DNA of 64,000 bases from Gammaproteobacteria bacterium (GTDB lineage: Bacteria; Pseudomonadota; Gammaproteobacteria; Pseudomonadales; Pseudohongiellaceae). The notes below the pieces were generated by a model. The model was not told where the DNA came from and ran no database searches. It saw only the letters and a program-made list of their open reading frames with translations. The position numbers were made by a program, and so were the translations under genes. Within the stretch, counting starts at the first letter, position 1. Every line of letters begins with the position of its first letter. The stretch is taken from the NCBI GenBank assembly GCA_050486205.1, contig JBJHCW010000008.1:5219-69218 (forward strand), in the 5' to 3' direction. Of the stretch, positions 29,019 to 38,027 are shown piece after piece.

Positions 29019-30752
29019 TCATACAAGGCTACTGACAGCGGCAACAGCAAGTTGCTGGACGTGGTGATCCACAAAATCATCACGCAGCAGCAGTTTCTGA
29101 AGTTCTGCAAAGGACACCGGGCGACTGAAATAATAACCCTGGATCTGGTCACAGCGATGACTGGAAAGAAAGGCCACCTGCTCAATGGTCTCGGCGCCCT
29201 CGGCAATCACCTGCATGTTCAGGCTGTGAGCCAGATTGATGATGGCTTTGACAATAGTGGCATCATCATCGTTCACCGTGGCGCTGCTGACAAAGGTACG
29301 GTCCACCTTCAGGGCAGAGATGGGCAGACGCTGGATATGCGCAAACGAGGAGTAGCCGGTGCCAAAATCGTCCAGCGAAATATCAATACCCAGGCGACTG
29401 AGCTGGCGCAGACTTTCATCCACGGACTGACCTTCCACCATCATGGTGGTTTCGGTCAGCTCAAACTCCAGGCGACCGGGTCCGATCCCGTGTTTTTCGA
29501 GGATATTGGCCACTGTGCGCACAAAATTGCGATCCTGGAACTGCTTGAACGCCACGTTCACGGCAATCTGGATATCGGGGAAACCTTTTGCTGCCAGTTC
29601 ATTGAGCTGCTTGCAGGCGCTGTGGATGATCCAGTAGCCCAGCGGCACAATCAGCCCGCTGTCCTCGGCCACAGCAATGAATTCACTCGGGGGCAGCAGG
29701 CCACGCCGTGGGTGTCGCCAGCGGATCAGGGCCTCGGCACCCACAATACGATTGCGCGAGATGTCCACGCGTGGCTGGAACTGCAATTCGAACTCGTCCT
29801 TGCGCAGGCCACGGCGGATCTCCGCCTCCAGCTTCAGTACCTGCTGGGCGGCATCGGTCATGTCGCGGGTATAGAACTGGCAGGTGTTACCTTTCTCGTG
29901 CTTGGCAATACGCATGGCCATATCGGCGTGGGACAGAATTTCGTCCACGGACATGCCCACCTCACTGTTGGTCACGGCACCCATGCTGATGTACATGCGC
30001 ACGGCGTGCTGTGCCACCGGAAACGGTTTGTTCATGGCCTGGATGATCTTGTCGGCTCGCTGGCGCAGCTCATCCTCCACCGAGGCCACAACGCTCTGGA
30101 ACACAACGGCAAACTCATTGCCACCAATGCGGGCCAGACGCTGGTTCGGTGACAGGCAGTCGCGGATGCGCTGGGCAATCAGCTGTATCAAGGCATCACC
30201 GGCGCCCTGGCCGTAGGAAGCGTTGACCTTCTTGAACTGATCCACGTCAATCAGCAGCAAACCGACTGCATTGGCCCGATCGGTGTGAGTCAACACTTCG
30301 GACATCTGATCGCGGAAAGCGTGCCGGTTGCTGAGACCCGTGAGCGGGTCAGGCGTCATGCTTTCTGACACGGCACTGCTTTGCGGCCGGCGTACAACGT
30401 CCCGGCGCCTGGCGCGAGACAACTGGTCAAGGCTCAGGGCATCGCGGTACAGGATATCGCTGGCCTCCGCGCCAATGTCGGCATCCTCGGCGGCACCAAC
30501 ATCATCTGAAATGACCACAATGGGTGGCACCGTCGTGTAACGATCCAGTACACCCAGCAGGCGCATGGCAATGCTCATATCCGACACATCACCCCAGAGA
30601 ATCAACTCATGCTCGGACACCGAGCAATGCCTCAATGCTGTAGGGTCGGCCTTGCACCATGACAGAGGCTCCTCCCTGTCACCATCGGCACCAAGCAAAT
30701 CGGCGACCAGACTGTAATCTGATTCTCGTTCGGATATCAACAATACGCGCAC
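29019..30752 (-). CDS. receiver-like domain / GGDEF (degenerate GGNEF) / EAL c-di-GMP protein
   Basis: 577-aa ORF with RIGGNEFAV in place of GG(D/E)EF. The EAL domain has GAEALIRW and DDFGTGYSS. The N-terminal 120 aa resemble a CheY fold with atypical acidic pocket residues. Confidence 0.85.
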   Translation of the reverse strand: MRVLLISERESDYSLVADLLGADGDREEPLSWCKADPTALRHCSVSEHELILWGDVSDMSIAMRLLGVLDRYTTVPPIVVISDDVGAAEDADIGAEASDILYRDALSLDQLSRARRRDVVRRPQSSAVSESMTPDPLTGLSNRHAFRDQMSEVLTHTDRANAVGLLLIDVDQFKKVNASYGQGAGDALIQLIAQRIRDCLSPNQRLARIGGNEFAVVFQSVVASVEDELRQRADKIIQAMNKPFPVAQHAVRMYISMGAVTNSEVGMSVDEILSHADMAMRIAKHEKGNTCQFYTRDMTDAAQQVLKLEAEIRRGLRKDEFELQFQPRVDISRNRIVGAEALIRWRHPRRGLLPPSEFIAVAEDSGLIVPLGYWIIHSACKQLNELAAKGFPDIQIAVNVAFKQFQDRNFVRTVANILEKHGIGPGRLEFELTETTMMVEGQSVDESLRQLSRLGIDISLDDFGTGYSSFAHIQRLPISALKVDRTFVSSATVNDDDATIVKAIINLAHSLNMQVIAEGAETIEQVAFLSSHRCDQIQGYYFSRPVSFAELQKLLLRDDFVDHHVQQLAVAAVSSLV

Positions 30753-30972
30753 GGCGCGGCTCCAGTTAACGCTGGCAATTATGCTATTATCGGCAGGCTT
30801 CAGTTTTTCATGATATGAAGTGCATCACGAAAACAGACTTCCCTGTCACTAAGGTACTGAATATGCTGGCCAATAACCGGCGTATGATAACGAGTGCCCA
30901 GCGGCAAGACCAGTAATACCCGAAAGAACTGCGTCATTTGACGAAGAAACCAGCAACCTATTTGGCCGTTCA

Positions 30973-32997
30973 GTGAACAGACTCAACAACAGACAGCGTG
31001 AAGCTGTCCAGTACATCAGTTCACCGCTGCTGGTACTGGCCGGCGCCGGCAGCGGTAAAACCAGTGTCATCACACAGAAAATCAGTTACCTGATCAACGA
31101 TTGTGGTATCGCCGCCAATCGCATTGCTGCGGTCACATTCACCAACAAGGCCGCTCGGGAGATGAAAGAGCGCGTCAGCAAACTGGTACGCAATCGCAGT
31201 AAAAGTGCCAGGGGACTCACGGTCTGCACTTTTCATCAACTCGGTCTGACCATCATCCGGCGTGATACGCGCCGCTTCGGGCTGAAGAACGGATTTTCCA
31301 TCTACGACAACCAGGACAGCCTTGCGCTGCTGAAAAACCTCACACTCAAAGACGACGATCTTGGCGACGATCAGCTGCGCAACCTGCAGAACCGCATTTC
31401 CGCCTGGAAGAACCAGCTACTGCTGCCGGACCAGGCCATCAGCTTCGCCGCCGACGCCGAGGAAGCGCTGGCTGCGCGCATCTATGAGTCCTACCAGCAT
31501 CACCTGCGCACCTTCAATGCCGTGGACTTTGACGACCTGATTCTGCTGCCCGCTGCACAGTTCCAGCAACAGCCGGAGTTTCTGGCCCAGTGGCAGCAGC
31601 GCATTCATTATCTGTTGGTGGACGAGTACCAGGACACCAATACCAGCCAGTACCTGCTGGTGCGACAACTCACCGGATCACGCGGCGCCCTCACCGTGGT
31701 CGGAGACGATGATCAGTCAATCTATTCCTGGCGCGGCGCACGGCCCGAGAACATGGCGGAACTGCAGTCCGACTACCCGGACCTGAAGATCATCAAACTT
31801 GAACAGAATTATCGTTCCACCAATAATATCCTGTCGGCAGCCAACACACTGATCGCCAACAATCCGCATGTGTTCGAGAAAAAGCTGTGGAGCGAGCTCG
31901 GGTTCGGTGACCGTATCCGTGTGCTGGCCCTGCCGGATCAGGAAGCGGAAACCGAGCGCATCGCCACTGAAATCCTCAGCCTGTGTGTACATCGCAAAAT
32001 GCGCTTTGGTGACATAGCCGTGCTGTACCGGGGCAATCATCAGGCACGCCTGCTTGAAATCAAACTGCAGGCCCATCAGATTCCCTATCAGATCACCGGG
32101 GGCACGTCGTTTTTTGCCCGCAACGAAATCAAGGACATCATGGCCTACCTGCGCCTGTTGGTGAATCCGGATGATGACAATGCCTTTCTGCGCATCATCA
32201 ACACGCCAAGGCGCAAGATCGGACCTGCGGTGATTGAAACGCTGGCCAACTATGCCAGCGAGCGGGAAATCAGTCTGCTGTCAGCCTGCGGTGAAATCGG
32301 ACTGGAACAGCACATGAGCGCACCACAGGTGGATCGACTGCGTCGTTTCTGCCACTGGCTGGGCAATATTGCCGAGCAGTGCCAACGCGGCAACCCCATC
32401 GGCATGATCCGCGAGATGATCAGTGATATTGACTACGAGAACTGGCTGCATAACACCTGCAATACCCCAAGCGCCGCCGAGCGCGCCCTGGCCAATGTGG
32501 AGCTGCTGGTCAGCTCGCTGCAGAAAACACTGCAGAAGGGCGCCGAGGACAACGACGGGGAGGAGGACATTGAAGCGGCCATCAACAGACTCATTCTGCG
32601 CGACCTGATGGAGCGTCAGGAAGACGAGGACGAGGCCAGCAACCAGGTGCAACTGATGACCCTGCACGCCGCCAAGGGCCTGGAGTTTCCGCAGGTGTTC
32701 ATCATGGGTATGGAAGAGGAGTTGTTGCCACACCGCAACAGCATCGAGAGCGGTGACATCGAGGAAGAACGACGACTGGCCTACGTTGGCATCACCCGTG
32801 CGCAACAGTCACTGGTCTTTACCCTGGCCAGGAAACGCAAACAGTATGGTGAAGTGTTTGTCACCACACCCAGCCGCTTTCTGGAGGAAATTCCCCAGGA
32901 TCAGCTGGTATGGGAGGGACGCGAGCCGGTGACAGAAGAGGAAAGAAAGGAAAAAGGCCAGGCTGCGCTGGCCGGGCTGCGTAACCTTTTCGCCTGA
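30973..32997 (+). CDS. rep: ATP-dependent DNA helicase Rep (UvrD/Rep SF1)
   Basis: 674-aa ORF with a GTG start and helicase motifs LAGAGSGKTSV, VDEYQDTN, EQNYRSTNNI and YVGITRAQ. Confidence 0.9.
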   Translation: MNRLNNRQREAVQYISSPLLVLAGAGSGKTSVITQKISYLINDCGIAANRIAAVTFTNKAAREMKERVSKLVRNRSKSARGLTVCTFHQLGLTIIRRDTRRFGLKNGFSIYDNQDSLALLKNLTLKDDDLGDDQLRNLQNRISAWKNQLLLPDQAISFAADAEEALAARIYESYQHHLRTFNAVDFDDLILLPAAQFQQQPEFLAQWQQRIHYLLVDEYQDTNTSQYLLVRQLTGSRGALTVVGDDDQSIYSWRGARPENMAELQSDYPDLKIIKLEQNYRSTNNILSAANTLIANNPHVFEKKLWSELGFGDRIRVLALPDQEAETERIATEILSLCVHRKMRFGDIAVLYRGNHQARLLEIKLQAHQIPYQITGGTSFFARNEIKDIMAYLRLLVNPDDDNAFLRIINTPRRKIGPAVIETLANYASEREISLLSACGEIGLEQHMSAPQVDRLRRFCHWLGNIAEQCQRGNPIGMIREMISDIDYENWLHNTCNTPSAAERALANVELLVSSLQKTLQKGAEDNDGEEDIEAAINRLILRDLMERQEDEDEASNQVQLMTLHAAKGLEFPQVFIMGMEEELLPHRNSIESGDIEEERRLAYVGITRAQQSLVFTLARKRKQYGEVFVTTPSRFLEEIPQDQLVWEGREPVTEEERKEKGQAALAGLRNLFA

Positions 32998-33131
32998 AAA
33001 GTTACGTCGTTGAAAACGGGCTCAAAATGCTCATCTACTCATTGTAAACTGCGCTTTTTCGCCCGTTTTCGCCTCGTCCCGGCTGCCTCGCCTACGTTTT
33101 CCCGAGGCTGTGGCGGGAATGATCGGGGTGA

Positions 33132-33506
33132 TCAGAGGCTTTCGTCCAGGATGTACTGCAACACCAGCTCCAGCTCTTCGTCCGAGCAGGAGAAACACAT
33201 GCCCTTGGGCGGCATGATGTTGTTGAAACCATTGATGGTGCCGTCCAGCAGTCCTTCATAGCCACGCTCGTCCAAGCGCGCCTGCCAGTCACCGGCATTG
33301 CCAAGACGTGGTGCACCCGCGGCGCCACTGTTATGGCATGCAGCACAGCTCTGGGCGTAGGTACGGGCGGGGTCAAAACCATCTGACACCTGGGCAAGCT
33401 GCAGGGGCGCCTGACTACCTGCAGACACGGATCCGGCGGTCAACACCGCAGCCAACACAACACCGGACACTGCCGCGCCGGCCTTGAAAATACTTGCCAT
33501 TTTCAC
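33132..33506 (-). CDS. cytochrome c5-family monohaem cytochrome
   Basis: Signal peptide followed by CAACHNSGAAGAPR and a C-terminal MPPKG..CSDEE pattern. GTG 33506 is preceded by GAGGAG at 8 nt. Confidence 0.85.
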   Translation of the reverse strand: MKMASIFKAGAAVSGVVLAAVLTAGSVSAGSQAPLQLAQVSDGFDPARTYAQSCAACHNSGAAGAPRLGNAGDWQARLDERGYEGLLDGTINGFNNIMPPKGMCFSCSDEELELVLQYILDESL

Positions 33507-33520
33507 TGGTGAAACTCCTC

Positions 33521-33584
33521 AAAAAAGACCCTGTCAGGGTCGGATAGTCCCGCCATTATCTCCGGTTCAGGCTGAACCGGAGAT
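33521..33584 (-). terminator. intergenic hairpins between the two cytochrome c5 genes (possible partial terminator)
   Basis: A 13-nt inverted repeat ATCTCCGGTTCAG / CTGAACCGGAGAT lies at 33558-33584. A short GACCC..GGGTC stem is followed on the minus strand by T6 (33521-33541). Confidence 0.35.
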
Positions 33585-33624
33585 GAATGCCAGGGGAAAC
33601 TTTAACGTGAAGGGGACGTGCGCT

Positions 33625-34062
33625 TCAGATGACGTCGCCCATCAGATACTCAACCAGTTCGGCGAGCTGCTCATCGGTGCAATCCATGCACATGCCACGC
33701 GGCGGCATGGCGTTGATACCGGTAATGGAGTTCTGCAGGATTTCGTCAAATCCGACTTCTTCCAGACGCGGGCCCCAGTGGGCTTCGTCGTGCAGCAGCG
33801 GGGCGCCAGCCATACCGGAGGTGTGGCACATTGCACAGTACTGCTCATAGGCACCCTGAACGGAGAAGCCGGTGTCCGCCTGCGCCAGCACCGCAGAGGC
33901 ACCGGTCACACACTCACTGCCAGCCACACAGACAGTGTCCACTGACTGAAGACGCTCGGCAATCTGCTGGTCGCGGGTCTGTTGCGCCCAAAGTGAACCA
34001 GCCATGGCAACACCCAGCACCAACAGTGCCAGCTTGGAGAAGCGGGATTTCAGCATGTTCAT
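33625..34062 (-). CDS. cytochrome c5-family monohaem cytochrome
   Basis: Signal peptide and CAMCHTSGMAGAP haem site with a C-terminal MPPRG..CTDEQ pattern. It is a paralogue of the adjacent gene. Confidence 0.85.
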   Translation of the reverse strand: MNMLKSRFSKLALLVLGVAMAGSLWAQQTRDQQIAERLQSVDTVCVAGSECVTGASAVLAQADTGFSVQGAYEQYCAMCHTSGMAGAPLLHDEAHWGPRLEEVGFDEILQNSITGINAMPPRGMCMDCTDEQLAELVEYLMGDVI

Positions 34063-34179
34063 AACTCAAGAAACTCCTGATACAGCGTGAATGGTCTGCG
34101 GCCACCCGAACAAGGGATGGATTAAGCAGCGACATATTATAGCCGGTATTGTGCTCACCGGAAACTCACCTGATGCCAC

Positions 34180-34623
34180 TCAACAGCAATCCGACAACTG
34201 TAATACGTTTACCGGGGGGCAATCAGACCAGCGCTGGTCATTGGTGACAACGGCACTGGCCTGCTGCCGAAGCGCTGTTGCCAGGATTATGGCATCCGGA
34301 GTCCGCAACCCGCGAAGCGCCCGAATCCGGGCCGCGTCCAACAGAATTTCACGGCAGATCGGCATCAATGCCAGGTTGGGAAAATGTGTCAGCAACAACT
34401 CGTATTCGTCAGCAATGTCCTGCCTGTCCTGTTGCAGTGGGCCGACAAGCAGCTCCATGAGTGTCAGCTCTGAAATGATGGCACGGCAATATCCACTTTC
34501 CACTGCAGACAACAACTGTCGCGCAGCGTTTCCAAAATCCGGGTGTGCCTCCAGGTGGTATATCCAGATGCAGGTATCAATGACAATCAGGGATTGTGGT
34601 TCAATGTGTTTCAGGACTTCCAT
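34180..34623 (-). CDS. vapC: PIN-domain VapC-type toxin
   Basis: 147-aa ORF with acidic PIN residues in LIVIDTCIWIY, SELTLMEL, TPDAIILATA and VVTNDQRW. It overlaps vapB by 13 nt. Confidence 0.82.
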   Translation of the reverse strand: MEVLKHIEPQSLIVIDTCIWIYHLEAHPDFGNAARQLLSAVESGYCRAIISELTLMELLVGPLQQDRQDIADEYELLLTHFPNLALMPICREILLDAARIRALRGLRTPDAIILATALRQQASAVVTNDQRWSDCPPVNVLQLSDCC

Positions 34624-34853
34624 GCATCGCGCTCATCCTTGAGATAATGGTCTGCACCTTTTTTTGATGCCCAGACGGACTTGTGCAGTCCTGCCAGGCG
34701 CTCGACATAATTCGCCGGCTTGGGTATCAACACCACCCTGTCTTCCTTGACCAGCACCAGCAACTGTCCGCCCGGCCCGATATCCAGCTTTTCCCGTGCT
34801 TCCCTGGGTACAACAATCTGATTCTTGCTGCTCAAAGTCACTGTAGTAGTCAT
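34611..34853 (-). CDS. vapB: AbrB/MazE/SpoVT-family antitoxin
   Basis: 80-aa ORF with the swapped-hairpin motif SSKNQIVVPREAREKL, immediately upstream of the PIN toxin. Confidence 0.8.
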   Translation of the reverse strand: MTTTVTLSSKNQIVVPREAREKLDIGPGGQLLVLVKEDRVVLIPKPANYVERLAGLHKSVWASKKGADHYLKDERDAWKS

Positions 34854-34900
34854 TGTCGAATGCCGCCAGGGTTCCAGGGTTGTAGTAGCTTATGATGGCA

Positions 34901-34921
34901 GAACTGCTGGTAAAGCAGTTC
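34901..34921. promoter_or_regulatory. inverted repeat GAACTGCT-N5-AGCAGTTC upstream of vapB (operator or upstream-gene hairpin)
   Basis: Perfect 8-bp arms read directly, 48-68 nt upstream of the vapB ATG and 35 nt after the YidC-like stop. No T-run follows. Confidence 0.3.
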
Positions 34922-34955
34922 CTGGATATCACTTTACCAACAGGCAGTGCGGCAT

Positions 34956-36464
34956 TCAAGCTGCATGCGACCTGTGCCGGCGCCAACGCTCCACCGCCAG
35001 TTGCTGCAACAGATGCAACACATTGGCCATGGTCCAGTACAGGACCATGCCGGCGGGGAATGGGTAAAACAGCAGCAGGAAGCCCAGGGCCATGAGCACC
35101 TGAAAAAAGGTCTGCCGGCGACTGGCGGCGGCATCTGCGGCCGGGGCCGGTGACAGCTTGATGGTCGCCAGTGTGGTCAGCGCCATCAGCACCGGCATCA
35201 GATTGAACCAGGCGCCCAGCAAAGGCACATCAAAACCAAACGCAAACAGCCTGTCCGGTTCTGCCAGCGTGTCCATCCACAGAAAGTTGGCATCACGCAG
35301 CTCCCAGGCCGAGCCCAGCACGTGAAACAGAGCCACAAACACGGGAATCTGGATCATCACGATCAGCAGCGGTTTCAGGCCTGCCAGCGGGCTGACCCTG
35401 TGTGTCTTGTACAGATCCAGAATCATTTCACTCTGCTCACCGCCCTTGTACTCACGCTTGATACGCTGCAGCTCGGGCTGGATCTTCTTCTGCACTTCGG
35501 CGAATGCGGCCTGGCTCTGCAGGGCCCGCCTGGCAACCGGATACATCAGCATTCGCACCAGCACGGCCAGCAGGATAATGGCCAGGCCCCAGCTGGGCAC
35601 CAGCGCATGAATAGCGCCCAACAACCACAACAAGCCGAAACTCAGCTGCCGCATCCACTGCCAGAGGGACGGGAACAACAGGGCCTGATAATTGCTGGCC
35701 CGGGCAGTGGCGGCAAGATTGTCACGGGTCTTGGGTCCGGCAAATATCGAAAACTGCCACTCTCGCTGTTCATCGGGCGCCAGTTCAGAGGCATCCAGCA
35801 GAACACCCAACGCTGGCAGGTAACGTCCCGGCAGGCCAGGCAGCTCAGCGCTACTGCTGCGGTATCGCATGCCGATCACAGCGCCGGACAAAGGCTCCAT
35901 GGTCAGCGCGTTATAACGGCTGTGCAGGCCCGCCCACGCCGCGTCAACGTCCAATGGCTGCCATTCAGCATTGTTGTCCCCGGCCGGAAAACGGTGCAGG
36001 TCACCGTCTTGCCAGGCAAAAGGCTCAACAAAGGAATACAACCGCTCGGCTATACCCAGACCTTCTACCGGGTACTCCCCCAGGCCCGGACCGATCTGCA
36101 ACATCAGCTCGTCGCCGGGGTCCAGCGACTGTCCGCTGGTGTTGCTCAATACAAGACGGTAGAGAAAATGATGGTCGCTGACGTCGTCCGGGATCAGTTG
36201 CCAGTCAAGTGCAAGATCGCCGGAGGCGAGCAGAGCATCAAGCGCCGGACCACCCAGGCGCAGGTGATTGCTGACCGGCGTTCCATCGGGCAACTGCGTG
36301 GCGAGTAACTGCAGTGATGCGGGCAACTCATTAATGTCGGGGCCGGCCGGGGTTTGAGATGGGTTTGGAGATGGGGTTTCAGCCGGAAGCTGGGCGGTCG
36401 CAGTTGCTGCCACCAGCATCGCCAGACACAGCAGCAAGGCAGGAGATGCAAGGCGACGCTTCAA
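34956..36464 (-). CDS. YidC/Oxa1-family membrane insertase paralogue with divergent periplasmic domain
   Basis: 502-aa ORF with a signal/anchor and a roughly 250-aa periplasmic region. The 60-kDa-IMP core follows (GLAIILLAVLVRMLMYP ... IQIPVFVALFHVL ... PFPAGMVLYWTMANVLHLLQQ). Confidence 0.8.
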   Translation of the reverse strand: MKRRLASPALLLCLAMLVAATATAQLPAETPSPNPSQTPAGPDINELPASLQLLATQLPDGTPVSNHLRLGGPALDALLASGDLALDWQLIPDDVSDHHFLYRLVLSNTSGQSLDPGDELMLQIGPGLGEYPVEGLGIAERLYSFVEPFAWQDGDLHRFPAGDNNAEWQPLDVDAAWAGLHSRYNALTMEPLSGAVIGMRYRSSSAELPGLPGRYLPALGVLLDASELAPDEQREWQFSIFAGPKTRDNLAATARASNYQALLFPSLWQWMRQLSFGLLWLLGAIHALVPSWGLAIILLAVLVRMLMYPVARRALQSQAAFAEVQKKIQPELQRIKREYKGGEQSEMILDLYKTHRVSPLAGLKPLLIVMIQIPVFVALFHVLGSAWELRDANFLWMDTLAEPDRLFAFGFDVPLLGAWFNLMPVLMALTTLATIKLSPAPAADAAASRRQTFFQVLMALGFLLLFYPFPAGMVLYWTMANVLHLLQQLAVERWRRHRSHAA

Positions 36465-36524
36465 GATGCACTCCCAGGCGCTATTCCAGTCGCGTTTCCA
36501 AATGCTTTCCCGGAGTGCAAGAAC

Positions 36525-36782
36525 TCATTGCTTGCTGTCAGCGGATTCTTTTGACTCGGAGTTGCCGTTTCCGTCACTGGACTTTTTCTCCGGTTTGCGC
36601 AGACCAAGCAACTTCAGCAGTCGATGCCAGTACAGTTTTGCGGTCACTGCCAGCGCCGCAAATGCGGCCAGCACACCCTGGATGATTGCACTGCCGGTAC
36701 CCGGATCCAGGTAGGCATGTGCGTGACTGCTCAACAGCAGCGTTGCCGCCACGGCCAGCAGGGCTGTTCGGTAATGGGTCAT
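36525..36782 (-). CDS. small secreted/membrane protein, unknown function
   Basis: 85-aa ORF with a signal peptide (..SSHAHA), YLDPGTGSAIIQG, one TM and a lysine/serine-rich tail. Its location between coupled envelope genes supports coding. Confidence 0.5.
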   Translation of the reverse strand: MTHYRTALLAVAATLLLSSHAHAYLDPGTGSAIIQGVLAAFAALAVTAKLYWHRLLKLLGLRKPEKKSSDGNGNSESKESADSKQ

Positions 36783-36881
36783 TCTGTGCTCCCGTCCATT
36801 GAGCGCACAACTTTAACAGATGTATGACAGGGGTTCGACTCTCTGACATCACAAGGCCTCTTCAGAGCCGTTACAGACGCC

Positions 36882-38027
36882 TCACAGACACGACACCAGA
36901 TACGCGGCAGCAACGTTTCCACTTTTACCGCAGTGATAAATGTTCTGTTCACGCACTTGCCGGATTCTTTCAGGCCACGCCCTGTTATCCGACATCATCT
37001 GTGATGCCACCGCGCCAAGCGTGTCCAGCGCGGTCTCCGGCACAAGCTCGCCGATCTGCGTGCGAATGCTCGCTTCAAGCGGCTCAATGCCCAGCGCCTC
37101 GTACTCCGGATTCAGCACCTTGCGCGGCACGTCCACAAACAGCACCGGCCGCTCCAGGCCCAGCGCAAACTCCAGCGCAGCGCCGGACCAGTCGCTGACC
37201 ATCAGCGCTGAATCCATCAGCGTCTGTTTGCCATCGGTATTTTCATCGAGCTGGAAGCGCTCATGGCCGGAGAACTCCGCGGTGATGGCCTCCAGCACGG
37301 TCGGGTTGAGCTTGCGTGTGCGCGGATGCGGTCGCAAGACCACATTGAACCCGGCGTTGAGCAATGGACCAATCACGGCAGCGCCATGACGTTCCAGCAG
37401 GGCATGTTCGCCCCAGCTCGGTGCCACAATTATCTGATCGGGGTCGGCATCTGTTATACCTGTTGAGTCCGAACATCTGTCGGCCAGAATGCTGTCCAGA
37501 CGCCCATAACCCGCCTCCACCAACGTTTTGGCAGGCAGACCTTTGGCTTTTTCACGCGCGCGGATTTCCTGCACATGATGAGGCCCCACGCACAGCACGG
37601 CATCAAAGTGGTCAAAGGCGGCCGCGCGGTAGATCATATGAGTGCTGACCATGGAGTGATGCAGGTAGACATAGTGCACATCATGCGGGGAACGCTTGAT
37701 GTGGTAGCTGTGCAGATCCGGCATGGTCATCAGCAGTACACGCGCCTGCAGCCCGGCAAAGAACAGCGTGCGGATGCTGCCCTCACCGATGCAGAAAGGC
37801 ACCAACCCTCGTGGTGGATCGATGCGCAGTGGATCATCCGGGTCTGATGTCACATAAAGAACTGTCTCGCCATGCGTGTCGCGAAGCGCACGAAACACCG
37901 GCTCGAAGTGGGTCCAGTAGCCTCGCCCTTCCGAATAGATGACGATGCGCCGCTGTTGCACCGGCACCGCAAGAAAGCGCCGGTATTCGGCACGCTCCTG
38001 CCGCAGTCGTTTCAACCAGGCAAACAT
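36882..38027 (-). CDS. CDP-glycerol glycerophosphotransferase (TagB/TagF)-family transferase
   Basis: Family motifs IIVAPSWGE, VVLRPHPRT and LMVSDWSGAALEFALGLERPVLFVD. ATG 38025-38027 overlaps the upstream stop by 1 nt (TGATG). The ORF-track extension to 38120 is rejected. Confidence 0.75.
   Translation of the reverse strand: MFAWLKRLRQERAEYRRFLAVPVQQRRIVIYSEGRGYWTHFEPVFRALRDTHGETVLYVTSDPDDPLRIDPPRGLVPFCIGEGSIRTLFFAGLQARVLLMTMPDLHSYHIKRSPHDVHYVYLHHSMVSTHMIYRAAAFDHFDAVLCVGPHHVQEIRAREKAKGLPAKTLVEAGYGRLDSILADRCSDSTGITDADPDQIIVAPSWGEHALLERHGAAVIGPLLNAGFNVVLRPHPRTRKLNPTVLEAITAEFSGHERFQLDENTDGKQTLMDSALMVSDWSGAALEFALGLERPVLFVDVPRKVLNPEYEALGIEPLEASIRTQIGELVPETALDTLGAVASQMMSDNRAWPERIRQVREQNIYHCGKSGNVAAAYLVSCL

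Noticed and set aside
28995-30152. 385-aa plus-strand ORF opposite the GGDEF-EAL gene
   Set aside because: It is an antisense shadow. The minus-strand product carries complete GGDEF and EAL signatures.
33012-33070. Simple rho-independent terminator for rep
   Set aside because: The 10-bp stem encloses a 39-nt loop and no T-run follows. It is kept only as a possible REP-like element.
35322-36308. 328-aa plus-strand ORF opposite the YidC-like gene
   Set aside because: It is an antisense shadow with a Gln/Arg/His-rich translation and no motifs.
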